29,539 nucleotides of DNA, from positions 1-29,539 of IMG/VR virus record IMGVR_UViG_3300008255_000362; one strand, written 5' to 3'. Within the stretch, counting starts at the first letter, position 1; each line of letters begins with the position of its first letter. The notes under the pieces are model-generated. The model had not been told where the DNA came from and did not search any database. It saw nothing but the letters and a program-made list of their open reading frames with translations. Of the stretch, positions 8,342 through 17,336 are shown piece after piece. Position numbers and translations under genes: made by a program. The stretch is from a virus (Duplodnaviria; Caudoviricetes).

Positions 8342-8615
8342 GCGCGCACGCGAAATCCAGCCCACCGCCGAGCCCAAGCCCGCCCGCGTGTTGGCGCGTC
8401 CATCGTCGCCGCCGCCGCTCGCTGCCCCGCGCCGGGCGGCCCGACGGGTGGCCCCCGAGATCGCCGCACGACGGGCCGAGCGCAAGGCCCGTCGTCAGGA
8501 GGTGATCCGCAAGATCGAGCGGGCGCTGGTCTTCGCCGTCAGCGACGGCCGGGCGTCCGAGCTGCTCAAGTATTTGGACGAGATCGTCAAGATCGTCCGG
8601 ACGCTGGCCGACTGA
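8334..8615 (+). CDS. Small basic hypothetical protein
   Basis: GAGGAGG RBS before the ATG at 8334 (MGRRAREIQ...); TGATG overlap with the next gene. Confidence 0.65.
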   Translation: MGRRAREIQPTAEPKPARVLARPSSPPPLAAPRRAARRVAPEIAARRAERKARRQEVIRKIERALVFAVSDGRASELLKYLDEIVKIVRTLAD

Positions 8616-8836
8616 TGGGCAAGGTCCACACACCCACGACAGCCGAGGTCGCGACCCTCAACGGCCAGCGGTACGTCGCGCCAGGGACGGTTGAGGGGGA
8701 TGGGGCGCTCCCGATGGACCACTGGGAGGCCCGCGCGGCCTTCGCGAGGTACCTGAAGGATTGGGGTTTCCCCGCCGACACGGCGGATCGCATCGCAACA
8801 CGAGCCGCCCGCCGGGCCGTCGCTCGACAGAAGTAG
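8615..8836 (+). CDS. Hypothetical protein
   Basis: TGATG-coupled 73-aa ORF in the operon. Confidence 0.65.
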   Translation: MGKVHTPTTAEVATLNGQRYVAPGTVEGDGALPMDHWEARAAFARYLKDWGFPADTADRIATRAARRAVARQK

Positions 8837-8845
8837 GAGACCTAG

Positions 8846-10219
8846 ATGCTCACAGGATCCAAACTCGTCCCACTCCAGCGCAAGCTGAAGCTCGCCACGG
8901 ACGGCGCCCAGGGCGAGACTCGCACGATGGCTGGCACCGTCACGCTGACCACGATCGACGAGGACGTGCTGATCTTCGATCCGGACGGTGCATCGCGCCA
9001 ACTGAACCTGCCCGCCGAGGAGGGGGCCTCCGGCGTCTGGCACCTCGTGCGCAACGTGGGCAGCCTCGGCGAGATCATCACCGTCAAGGATGACTCTGCC
9101 GCGAGCATCGACGCGCTGGACGCGGGCGAGTGGGCGATCTTCTACTGCGACGGAGCCGCATGGCGGGCGGTCGCGGGCAGCAACATCAACTCTGGGTCGA
9201 GTTTCGACAGCATCGACCTCAACGGCGTGCTTGACCAGGACGTGGCCCTGACGGCCGCAGGAGAGGGGCAGAACGTCCTCGTGACCATCAACCACGCGAC
9301 CGCCGTGGCCGAGGCCATCGACGCCCACCTGACGCAGCTCACCACGGCGCGGACCTCGGGGCAGGTGACCGCGATCAAGGCCAGCACCACGTCGCTCGCT
9401 GGGGACTCTGGAGGGACTTACGCTGACTTCGAGGCCGCGGCTCCGACCGACGGTGGAGGCACCGTCACGCACATCGGGCTCGACGTGGCAGCCGGCCACG
9501 ACTACGCGCTGGCGACTCCGAACGACGTACCGATTGCCCTCGGGAATAGCTACGACGCCACCATCGCGCACGATGGGACCACGCTCACGCTGCACAACAG
9601 CGTTGCGACCGGGCACATCACCGAGAAGCTCGGGGACAACGCCGGCGCGACCCACAAGTACATCACCAGCCTCGCTGGCGGCGTTTTGTTCGACATCGAC
9701 TCGGCGGGCCTCATCAGCGAGGGCGGCTCGGGCACCGGAACCGGCATGGTCCGCGAGCACCGGGGGACCTCGGCAACCGAGGGCTTCGAGCGCCGGGTCT
9801 ACGAGGACACCCTCTCCCCCTCGGCCATCGAGACGGCCCTTCTCACCCTGCCCGTGGGGCATCGGGTGACGGGGGTGTGGGCCAACGTGGAGACGGCCCT
9901 GGTGGCCGCAGGCACCTCGGCCACCTGGTCGATCGGCATCACCGGCGACGTGGACATCTACGGGACGGCTTGCGCCGACCTGGGGCTCGGTGCCCAGGGC
10001 GACAGCCTGGCGGCGAACAGCAAGTTCACCGGGCTCAACGGGGCCACCCCGTCCGCCGTGGCGGCCAGCCTCGGGCTGTTCGTGGCCGGCACCGAGGCGG
10101 TGAAGTTCATCGCCGCTGCTACTGGTGGGGCAACCGCCGGTGACTCGGCCTTCTCCTCTGGCTCGGTGCGCGTCCGCATCGAGTACGACGTGGCACTGCC
10201 GATGGACGACGTGGTCTAG
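8846..10219 (+). CDS. Virion structural protein, probable head fibre/decoration protein
   Basis: AGGAG RBS; Gly/Ala/Thr/Asp-rich beta-type sequence; LNLP...VRN...ITV...AIFYCDGAAW module typical of fibre proteins; located between capsid and neck genes. Confidence 0.55.
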   Translation: MLTGSKLVPLQRKLKLATDGAQGETRTMAGTVTLTTIDEDVLIFDPDGASRQLNLPAEEGASGVWHLVRNVGSLGEIITVKDDSAASIDALDAGEWAIFYCDGAAWRAVAGSNINSGSSFDSIDLNGVLDQDVALTAAGEGQNVLVTINHATAVAEAIDAHLTQLTTARTSGQVTAIKASTTSLAGDSGGTYADFEAAAPTDGGGTVTHIGLDVAAGHDYALATPNDVPIALGNSYDATIAHDGTTLTLHNSVATGHITEKLGDNAGATHKYITSLAGGVLFDIDSAGLISEGGSGTGTGMVREHRGTSATEGFERRVYEDTLSPSAIETALLTLPVGHRVTGVWANVETALVAAGTSATWSIGITGDVDIYGTACADLGLGAQGDSLAANSKFTGLNGATPSAVAASLGLFVAGTEAVKFIAAATGGATAGDSAFSSGSVRVRIEYDVALPMDDVV

Positions 10220-10245
10220 CCTTAGCCCCGGAGAAGAACCGCACC

Positions 10246-10983
10246 ATGGCCTCCTACGCTGCCGCCTACAGGACCCCGAACTTCTACCGGCGAGGGTTCA
10301 CCAACGCCCTCTCCCTGGTGGTGAGGGACGGGTCTGGTGAGGCGGCGACGGTGGCATCAGGCACGATCACCGTCCGTGAAGGCACACGGGTCGCGGTGGA
10401 TGGAGCGGCTATTACTCCCGGCGCATCTGGAGAGGCCACCTACAGCCTACTTTCCACGGCAGTCCCCGACACACTCCCCTACTCCACCCGATGGTCCGAG
10501 CAGTGGGATCTGACCCTAGACGACGGGACAGTCCTCTCCTACGTGCGGGACGCCCACCTCGTGCGCGCCAAGCCGGAGCCGAGAATCGACGCAGCCGACT
10601 TGCTGCGGCGACACTCCGACATCGCGACCCAGTACACGCTTGCCCAGGCCCAGGTCTTCGTAGATGAAGCCTGGGACACCATCATCGGAAGAATGGTCTC
10701 CGACGGACGCTATCCGCAGCACGTCCTGTCGACGTGGGCGCTCGCCGAGCCGCACATGCTCCTCTCCCTGGCCTTTTTGTTCCGGTCCGCCAGCACCTAC
10801 ACGGCGGGCGGAGGGAAGTACGCGACGCTGGCGACCGAGTATGCCGCGGAGTTCGAGTCGCTCTGGGGCAAGGTCTCCTGGATGCTCGACACGGACGAGG
10901 ACGGGGTTGCCGACGGAAGCACGGCGGCTGCGGAGCCGGTCGTGCTGCTGTTCGAGCCCCCCCCACGCTGGGGGCTGTGGTGA
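10246..10983 (+). CDS. Probable head-tail adaptor with Ig/BppU-like N-terminal part
   Basis: Position; beta-rich N-half (WSEQWDLTLDDG) plus helical C-half (FVDEAWDTI...LSLAFLF...YAAEFE) as in gp6/gp15-like adaptors. Function is inferred. Confidence 0.5.
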   Translation: MASYAAAYRTPNFYRRGFTNALSLVVRDGSGEAATVASGTITVREGTRVAVDGAAITPGASGEATYSLLSTAVPDTLPYSTRWSEQWDLTLDDGTVLSYVRDAHLVRAKPEPRIDAADLLRRHSDIATQYTLAQAQVFVDEAWDTIIGRMVSDGRYPQHVLSTWALAEPHMLLSLAFLFRSASTYTAGGGKYATLATEYAAEFESLWGKVSWMLDTDEDGVADGSTAAAEPVVLLFEPPPRWGLW

Positions 10984-11420
10984 GCCTCCCCGACCAGAGC
11001 GACTTCGACGCGACGCTCGTCGCCATCATCGACGCGCTCGAGGCCATCACCGGTTTCACGCGAGGGCCGCAGCTCATCGACGCCCAAACGAATCCGACGC
11101 CGGCGTTGGCGAACAAGTTCAGCCTGCACGTCGCGAGTTCAAAAAACCTGAACCTCTACCGGGGCACGTCGCCGGTGGCCGTCGAGCACCAACTCCTGAT
11201 CGGCATGTGCTTTCAGGTGCAGATGTCGGACCAGTACGCATCGCTTCAGGAGAGCCTGGCGCTCGATCAGAAGCTGATGAGCGCGCCGGGCATCAACACG
11301 ATGTATGGGCCGGTCCGCTGGGAGTGGGTTGGATGCAAACGCACGCTGACTCCGACCCGTGAGTTTCTGATCACCGTGGCCGAGTTCACGCTCCGGCACG
11401 ACACCGCCAGGGGGACCTGA
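10980..11420 (+). CDS. Probable tail terminator/completion protein
   Basis: GTGA overlap start at 10980 (MSLPDQSDFDATLVAIIDALEAI...); 146 aa; neck position. Confidence 0.5.
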   Translation: MSLPDQSDFDATLVAIIDALEAITGFTRGPQLIDAQTNPTPALANKFSLHVASSKNLNLYRGTSPVAVEHQLLIGMCFQVQMSDQYASLQESLALDQKLMSAPGINTMYGPVRWEWVGCKRTLTPTREFLITVAEFTLRHDTARGT

Positions 11421-11826
11421 TGCCCTACGCCGCCACCGTCACCGTCGAGCGGGTCACCCTTCGCGGCCGTCGGCACTACCTCGTGACGATCGCCGAGACG
11501 TTGGCGGCGCAGGGGTCGGAGGCGACCATCCCAGCGGCGGATCTGCCACGCGTTGGCACGGTCATCTACGTGCGAGCCACGCTGACGGCGGGCACGGGCA
11601 CGACGATCGATCCAAGTGTGGACGTGCCACGGGCTGGACCGACGCGACCCAGGACGCGATCTACGTCAACGGGGCAGCGGCGGCGAGCATCTACGCCACC
11701 CCGGGCAGTGTGTTCGCGCGGACGACCGGACAGGCGCTGTTCTGGCGCTCGACCCCGGATTCCGCGGAGGCGGACCACACCATCTCGACAGAGATCCTCA
11801 TCGCAGAAGGCTATCAGGCCGTCTAG
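11420..11826 (+). pseudogene. Structural-region gene split by a -1 frameshift near 11620 (single-base loss or sequencing error)
   Basis: After TIDPSV the zero frame degenerates, while the -1 frame from 11620 reads GRATGWTDATQDAIYVNG...EILIAEGYQAV* with strong GC3 and stops at TAG 11824-11826, just before the next RBS. Confidence 0.75.
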
Positions 11827-11835
11827 GGAGCACCC

Positions 11836-12321
11836 ATGGCAGAATCCACCGTCGCCCACACCAAGCGGGATCTGGTCCTGACCTTCATCGACAAGGCGGC
11901 AGCGCACAGCTACGTCGTCGCGAACGAGCCCGGGGACTTCGCCTATGCGGCCCCGGGGTATGGGACGACCCGCATCCTGGACCGAGGGGAGCACGCCACA
12001 CCTCGCCGGGGAGACGCCCAGGCCTGCACAACCTCGTTCAGCGCGTACTACAAGGACGCGGGGAGCGCGACGTACGCAACCCTCCCCGACATCTGCCAGA
12101 ACACGAACTACGTGGGGTCGACGTGGACGTCGACCCTCGATGGCGTCTCCGACGAGATCACGTTCGACCTGGCCGTCACCATCGACGGCACCTACGCAGG
12201 CGAGGCCGACAAGACGCTGACCTTCGACGACATGAGCTTCCGGGGGTCGATGTCGGACGGCGATCCATCCACCTACGCGGTCACGGGCGCGGCGAGCATC
12301 CTCGCCCCGATCCTGACCTAG
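11836..12321 (+). CDS. Probable major tail (tube) protein
   Basis: GGAG RBS; 161 aa, acidic, Thr/Asp-rich beta composition; upstream of the chaperone and tape measure. Confidence 0.55.
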   Translation: MAESTVAHTKRDLVLTFIDKAAAHSYVVANEPGDFAYAAPGYGTTRILDRGEHATPRRGDAQACTTSFSAYYKDAGSATYATLPDICQNTNYVGSTWTSTLDGVSDEITFDLAVTIDGTYAGEADKTLTFDDMSFRGSMSDGDPSTYAVTGAASILAPILT

Positions 12322-12329
12322 GAGTCGAC

Positions 12330-12875
12330 ATGGCAATCACCTACGCCGGCAGTGTCTCGATCAGTGTCGTGTTGGACGAGATCACGAGCCGCGGGATCTC
12401 TCGGGGCGTGGTCCCCAAGCCGTTCATTGAGAAGCTGAAGTTCGCGACGGGCACGACGGACGGGAAGATCGACCTAGGTCACTACGTCAGCGAGACGGCC
12501 ATTGCCGCATCGACTACCACGTCCTACGACCTGGCGGGCGTCCTGACTGACCCCGAGGGCACGGTCAAGACCTTCGCGGAGACGTGCTTGATCGCAATCC
12601 GGAACAACCGGACGACGGCGCTGGCAACCCTCCAGATTGGTCCACACGCGACCAACGGGCACGGTGTGCTCGCCAGTGCACGGGGCTACTGGAATGCAGC
12701 GCTCGGGGCTGGTGGAGGTAACGTCGTGCATCCGAATCTCGGATGGCTCATCCTCTACGCGCCAGACGGAGTGCCTGTCACTGGTGCGAGCACCGACATC
12801 CTTGCGACGATCACCTCGGCGGTCGTCGGGTCCACCAATGCCTACGACCTGCTGATCTTCGGCCGATCGGCCTAG
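12330..12875 (+). CDS. Virion structural protein (hypothetical)
   Basis: TAGGAG RBS then ATG at 12330 (MAITYAGSVSIS...); beta-rich, 181 aa. The longer track ORF from 11616 is a spurious extension. Confidence 0.7.
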   Translation: MAITYAGSVSISVVLDEITSRGISRGVVPKPFIEKLKFATGTTDGKIDLGHYVSETAIAASTTTSYDLAGVLTDPEGTVKTFAETCLIAIRNNRTTALATLQIGPHATNGHGVLASARGYWNAALGAGGGNVVHPNLGWLILYAPDGVPVTGASTDILATITSAVVGSTNAYDLLIFGRSA

Positions 12876-12883
12876 GAGTCCTG

Positions 12884-13462
12884 ATGGCCCGTCAGATCAA
12901 GGTCCCCGACCGACTGCTCCAGCTCGCACACGGGGACTACCAGGTGACCGAGGCTCGGTTTGTCGAAGCCGAGGTTCTGGCCGACCTGGCCCGCATCTAC
13001 GGCGGGCGAGCCGCACCGGCTCGCCTGGAGGAGCTGCAGAACGCGGAGGCGGCCCTGGACCTGGAATGGCCGGGCTGGAGGCGCAAGCAGCCACTCGGCG
13101 GACTGCCGCCCGACATCCTGGTGGCGATCAAGACCCTCCTCCTGCACAGGGTGCTCGTGCTGGTCGGGCGCGCCGACTGGACCACTCTCACCGTCTGGCA
13201 CAGGGGGGCGCCGTTGATCATCCCGGTCCGGCCCGAGCAGCAGCAGTCGGCCATCGAGGACGGGCACCCGCTGCCCGAGCCCCACCGAGCCCGGCTCTCT
13301 GTCCCGGTCCTGGCGTGCAAGCTCGGTGTGCCGATCGAGCGCGTGGAGAAGATCCTCCAAGGCTGGGACCCCAAGGCCGAGCCCAACGTTCGCCGGTTCA
13401 TCGAGGCTGCCCTGGCCGCGGTCAAGCCGGTCAAGGCCCCCAAGGCCGAGGCTCCCAAGTGA
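12884..13462 (+). CDS. Hypothetical phage protein
   Basis: TAGGAG RBS, ATG at 12884 (MARQIKVPDR...), GC3 bias. Confidence 0.7.
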   Translation: MARQIKVPDRLLQLAHGDYQVTEARFVEAEVLADLARIYGGRAAPARLEELQNAEAALDLEWPGWRRKQPLGGLPPDILVAIKTLLLHRVLVLVGRADWTTLTVWHRGAPLIIPVRPEQQQSAIEDGHPLPEPHRARLSVPVLACKLGVPIERVEKILQGWDPKAEPNVRRFIEAALAAVKPVKAPKAEAPK

Positions 13463-13980
13463 AGCCCAGGGCGCGAGCACTGGACATTCCATCCGGGAAC
13501 AGCCGGTATACCTGCGTGGACCTAGGGGAGCGAGGAGAGCATCATCTGCGCTTCCCCATGTTCGACCTCGCAGACCGCATCCAGAAGTGGGTGCTAGCCC
13601 GCCAGAACCCCGAGTCTGGCGGCGGTCCGCTCTACTCGGGCGCCCTCGTCGGGGCCTTCTGGTGGCATCGAGGGCTGACCCTGGAGTCGGTGCTGCCGGC
13701 GCGAGCGGACTACGACGCCATGGACGGGTACGCGTCCGCCGTGCTGGACGAACTCCAGGAAGCCGGGTACACGATGCCCGAACTGCGATGCCTGGGGAAC
13801 CACTGCGACAGCCTGATGGCTGAGTGGATTCGCAGCCTGCACAAGGCTCGGGAGGTGGCGGATTTTACCGAGCCGGAGAGGTCGGCTGGCTCGACCTCGC
13901 CATCGTCCGGCTCGGAGTCCAGTGCTGGGGAGACCCCGAAGCGGTCTGGGAACTCCCCGAAGAAGCGAGGGAGAAAGTGA
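13459..13980 (+). CDS. Tail assembly chaperone, short (gpG-like) form
   Basis: GTGA-coupled start at 13459; ends ADFT followed by a low-complexity Ser/Gly/Pro/Lys tail typical of the zero frame after a slippery site. Confidence 0.7.
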   Translation: MKPRARALDIPSGNSRYTCVDLGERGEHHLRFPMFDLADRIQKWVLARQNPESGGGPLYSGALVGAFWWHRGLTLESVLPARADYDAMDGYASAVLDELQEAGYTMPELRCLGNHCDSLMAEWIRSLHKAREVADFTEPERSAGSTSPSSGSESSAGETPKRSGNSPKKRGRK

Positions 13981-14120
13981 TCGCCATGCTGATGCACGAC
14001 CACGACCAGCAGCTCCGCGACCAGCCGATCACGCTGACGCAGCTCACCGATTTGCTGGTCACGGCCGGCTTCTTGAAGCGCAAGCAGCCCGGCCGGAAGG
14101 TGGGCGTGGATGGCTTCTAG
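13860..14120 (+). CDS. Tail assembly chaperone -1 frameshift extension (gpGT-like); slippery G GAT TTT at 13860-13866
   Basis: The -1 frame reads FYRAGEVGWLDLAIVRLGVQCWGDPEAVWELPEEAREKVIAML... with no convincing start or RBS of its own. Confidence 0.7.
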   Translation, partial: GFYRAGEVGWLDLAIVRLGVQCWGDPEAVWELPEEAREKVIAMLMHDHDQQLRDQPITLTQLTDLLVTAGFLKRKQPGRKVGVDGF

Positions 14121-14502
14121 CAGCAGCGGTTTCGGGACCGGAATGCGCGCGGCGATCGAGGCGATCGGCGTCGCGCAGGGCGAGCTCGACAACGTCGTCC
14201 GCGCAGCGCTCCGGGACGTCGGCGAGAACGTCGTCGCCACGATGCGTCGCGACTGGCCCGTGGGCGTGCCCCGGCCAGGCCACACGCACTCGGCCGAGCG
14301 TTGGGACGTCACGGCGCAGGGTGACGAGGTGACGATCCGCAACGATGCGGACTATGCGTCGTATGTCCACCACGATCCGCAGCACGGTGGGCCGGTCGGG
14401 CTCGCGGATCGGACGGTCCCGGCGCTGATCGAGGAGGTCTCGCAGGCCCCTCTAGAGTTCGTCACCCAGCGAGTGATCGACCTGCTCGAAGGTGGGCGCT
14501 GA
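14110..14502 (+). CDS. HK97 gp10-like tail completion protein, copy 1
   Basis: WPVG...S...W...VTIRNDADYASYVH matches the PV..G...YA.YV pattern of the gp10-like family. Confidence 0.6.
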   Translation: MASSSSGFGTGMRAAIEAIGVAQGELDNVVRAALRDVGENVVATMRRDWPVGVPRPGHTHSAERWDVTAQGDEVTIRNDADYASYVHHDPQHGGPVGLADRTVPALIEEVSQAPLEFVTQRVIDLLEGGR

Positions 14503-15083
14503 TGGCCTGGGAGGTCGACGTCGGCGAGATGGTGAGCGGCGTCCACGTCGCGGGCGAGACGGGCGAGTTGCGGGTCGTGCCGCTCCAGGCCGCGGCCTCC
14601 TTCGTCCTTGAGTACATCACGTCGAGATGGCCGGTGGGCAAGACCGCGCTGTCTCTGGCGTCGTTCTACACCGCCACGCGTGGGGGTACCGTCGTCGTCG
14701 GGAACGACACCGACTATGTGCAGTACGTCCACGAGGACGCAGGGCACGGTGGTCCGCCTGGGCTGGTGTTCCGCCTCGCGGACGCTGCCAGGTCGGGGGC
14801 CGAGGGGGTGTTCCGTGAGGAACTGGAGGCGACCGTCAAGCGCTCGCGCACGGTGGGATCGCGCGGGACGTTCCAACTCGCGCGACGCACGGTCACGGTC
14901 TCTGCTCGCGCCCAGGCCGAGAGAGCGGGGGTGGCGCTGGTGCAGCCGCTCGCGATCCCAGCGCCGGTGAAGCTCTCGCTGATCAGTCTGCTGCGCAGCG
15001 GGCGGGTGCGCGAGGTGGTGCAGCGGCTGCTCACGCTCGGATATGGGCTCGAGGCCGAGCGTCTGTCTCGGCTGGGGGCCTAG
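14502..15083 (+). CDS. HK97 gp10-like protein, copy 2, with basic C-terminal extension
   Basis: WPVGKTALSLASF...VVVGNDTDYVQYVHEDAGHGGPPGL is a clear paralogue of the preceding gene; TGATG coupling. Confidence 0.6.
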   Translation: MAWEVDVGEMVSGVHVAGETGELRVVPLQAAASFVLEYITSRWPVGKTALSLASFYTATRGGTVVVGNDTDYVQYVHEDAGHGGPPGLVFRLADAARSGAEGVFREELEATVKRSRTVGSRGTFQLARRTVTVSARAQAERAGVALVQPLAIPAPVKLSLISLLRSGRVREVVQRLLTLGYGLEAERLSRLGA

Positions 15084-17336
15084 ATGCCGACCGTCGCGTA
15101 CCTCCTGACCGGCGACAGCAGCGACCTGAAGAAAGCTCTCGCCGAGGCAGGAGTGGGGCTGGAGGACGTCGAAAAGAAGGGCCGGCGGACCACCGCCGCA
15201 GTCGAAGAGCAGACGAAGAAGACCGGCTCGCTCGCGGAGTCGTGGAAGAAGTTCGGTCCGGTGCTGCTGTCATCGGCAGGGGCAGCGGTGGCTGCCGCTG
15301 CTGGGATCTTCAAGTTGGTGGGGTCAGCGAGTTCGCTGACGGACGAGATCGCAAAGACGTCGGGCCAGTTGGGCATCGCCACAGAGACGGTCGTGGCGCT
15401 GAAGTACGCGGCGATCGGGGGAGGGGCGTCGTCGGAGGAACTAACCCGCAGCCTGACTCGACTGACGGCGGGGTTGAGCGATGCGCACACCCAGGGTGGT
15501 GTAGCTGCGGAGGCGTTCTCCGCGTACGGCATTGCGATCGACGACGCGGCGGGGCAAGCACGCTCGACGAACGCGGTGTTCCGCGACGTGCTGGACGTCA
15601 TCGCGGCTCAGGCGACGCAGAGCAAGCGCACCGAGGTTGCGATCCAACTGCTTGGATCGCAGGGCGGCAAGGTGGCTGCGGTCTTCGCCGGCGGTTCTGC
15701 GAGCCTGGACAAATGGACGCAGAACGCGGACGTGGCGGCGATCGCGGCGGCGACGAGCTCCGGCAGCCTGAACGACTACAACCAGAGCATGGCGGGCTTC
15801 ACCGCGGCCACGGATGCGGCCAAGGTAGCGCTCGGAGAGGAGTTCCTGCCGGACGTGGTCGCCGCCACGGAGGCGGTGACGGCTTTCGTCGGGCCGATCG
15901 CCCAGGCCGTTGGAGTGCTCCGCGATATCCAGTACGCGTTCGACTCGCTCAATCCGCTGGTGCTGGCCTACCGTGCCGCGATGGCGCTTGCGGGCGAGGA
16001 GTCGGCCAAGGCGGCCGCTACCGCGGATGCAGAGACCCAGGCCCTCAGGGACCAGGAGCAGGCGTACGCGGATCTCAACGACGAGATCATCGCGGGCTTC
16101 GTCGACGAAGCAGGAGAGAACGCCGCACAACGGGCCGAGCGTGCCGAGCGTCGTAAGCAGTTCAAGGCCGAGGCCGAGGCCGAGATCGCGCTCCAGGCCG
16201 AGCGCGCGAAGGCCGCGGAGGCATGGGCCGCTCGGTCCGCTGAAGCCAGCGCGAAGGCGCAGGCGGCATTTGATTCGTACCTCGCAGCCAGCATCGAGGG
16301 CGTACAGGCGATCGCCTCGAATGAGGGCATGTCGATCGCCGACCGACGCGAGGCGCTGGAGGGGATCCGGGACGACTACGGCGAGCAGGTGAGCATCCGC
16401 GGCGAGGCGATCGAAGCGCTGGCGGAGCTCGACGCCGAGGAACTGGCGAACGATCGGGCGCTCCTCGCCAAGAAGCTTGCCGCTCGTGACGAGTGGAATG
16501 CCGCAGTCCTCGCCCAGCGAGAGGAGGAGGCCGAGGCACTCCAGGCTGCGGCGGATCAGACGGTGGCGGACCAGGCCGCAGCGGATGCGGCGGCGCTGGC
16601 GAAGCGGCTCGAGGCCAACCAAGCGATCTTCTCTGCGGCTACGCAACTCGCCGACGCCCTGGGCGGACTGCTGCAGCAGCAGATGGCGGCAAAGTTGGCC
16701 GCCCTGGATGAGGAGTTGGAGGCCAACCGCAGCACCCTTGCCGCTCTCTTGGAGCAGCGGGAGGAGGGCTACGCAGCGATGTCGGAGGCAGAGCGGGCAC
16801 GCCTCGACGCATCGATCGCGGCAGAGCGGAAGGAGAACCAGGAGATCCGGAAGCTGCGGAAGAAGCAGATGCACGACATGTTCTTGGCACAGCAGGCGTC
16901 GGCGATCGTGTCGATCGCGGTGGACACGGCGGTCGGTTCGATTCGCGCTTTCGCGGACCTCGGGCCTGTGGCGGGAGCCATCGCCGCTGGTCTGATCAGC
17001 GCAGCCGGCACCGTCGCTGTTGGCACTGTGCTGGCACAGAAAGAGCCGTCGATGCACGACGGCGGCCTGATCAGCGCGGCAGTCGGGGGGCGGGCTCCTG
17101 ACGAGGTGCCGATCACCGCACAGTCCGGTGAGTTCGTCGCCAACAGCCGACTTACCAGCAGCAACCGCGAGGAACTGGAAGAGGGCAATCGCACGGGTCG
17201 CCTGCCTGGGGGCGGCGTGACGGTGCAGATCGGAAACCGCGCGCTGACCGACTACGTGTTGCAGGAGGCGCGGTCGGGGGCTCTCCGGCCGCTGTTCGCA
17301 GATCCCGCGCCGAGCGCGGTGGGGGCGTGGCGATGA
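15084..17336 (+). CDS. Tail tape measure protein
   Basis: 750 aa, Ala-rich helical; N-terminal LTGDSSDLKKAL; C-terminal MHDGGLI...DEVPITAQSGEFV motif typical of tape measure proteins. Confidence 0.9.
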   Translation: MPTVAYLLTGDSSDLKKALAEAGVGLEDVEKKGRRTTAAVEEQTKKTGSLAESWKKFGPVLLSSAGAAVAAAAGIFKLVGSASSLTDEIAKTSGQLGIATETVVALKYAAIGGGASSEELTRSLTRLTAGLSDAHTQGGVAAEAFSAYGIAIDDAAGQARSTNAVFRDVLDVIAAQATQSKRTEVAIQLLGSQGGKVAAVFAGGSASLDKWTQNADVAAIAAATSSGSLNDYNQSMAGFTAATDAAKVALGEEFLPDVVAATEAVTAFVGPIAQAVGVLRDIQYAFDSLNPLVLAYRAAMALAGEESAKAAATADAETQALRDQEQAYADLNDEIIAGFVDEAGENAAQRAERAERRKQFKAEAEAEIALQAERAKAAEAWAARSAEASAKAQAAFDSYLAASIEGVQAIASNEGMSIADRREALEGIRDDYGEQVSIRGEAIEALAELDAEELANDRALLAKKLAARDEWNAAVLAQREEEAEALQAAADQTVADQAAADAAALAKRLEANQAIFSAATQLADALGGLLQQQMAAKLAALDEELEANRSTLAALLEQREEGYAAMSEAERARLDASIAAERKENQEIRKLRKKQMHDMFLAQQASAIVSIAVDTAVGSIRAFADLGPVAGAIAAGLISAAGTVAVGTVLAQKEPSMHDGGLISAAVGGRAPDEVPITAQSGEFVANSRLTSSNREELEEGNRTGRLPGGGVTVQIGNRALTDYVLQEARSGALRPLFADPAPSAVGAWR

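Noticed and set aside
15441-17057. Long antisense and alternate-frame ORFs (for example 15441..17057, 8495..9862, 4060..5079, 275..1270)
   Set aside because: Shadow ORFs of GC3-biased real genes; Arg/Pro/Gly-rich, motif-free and lacking an RBS.
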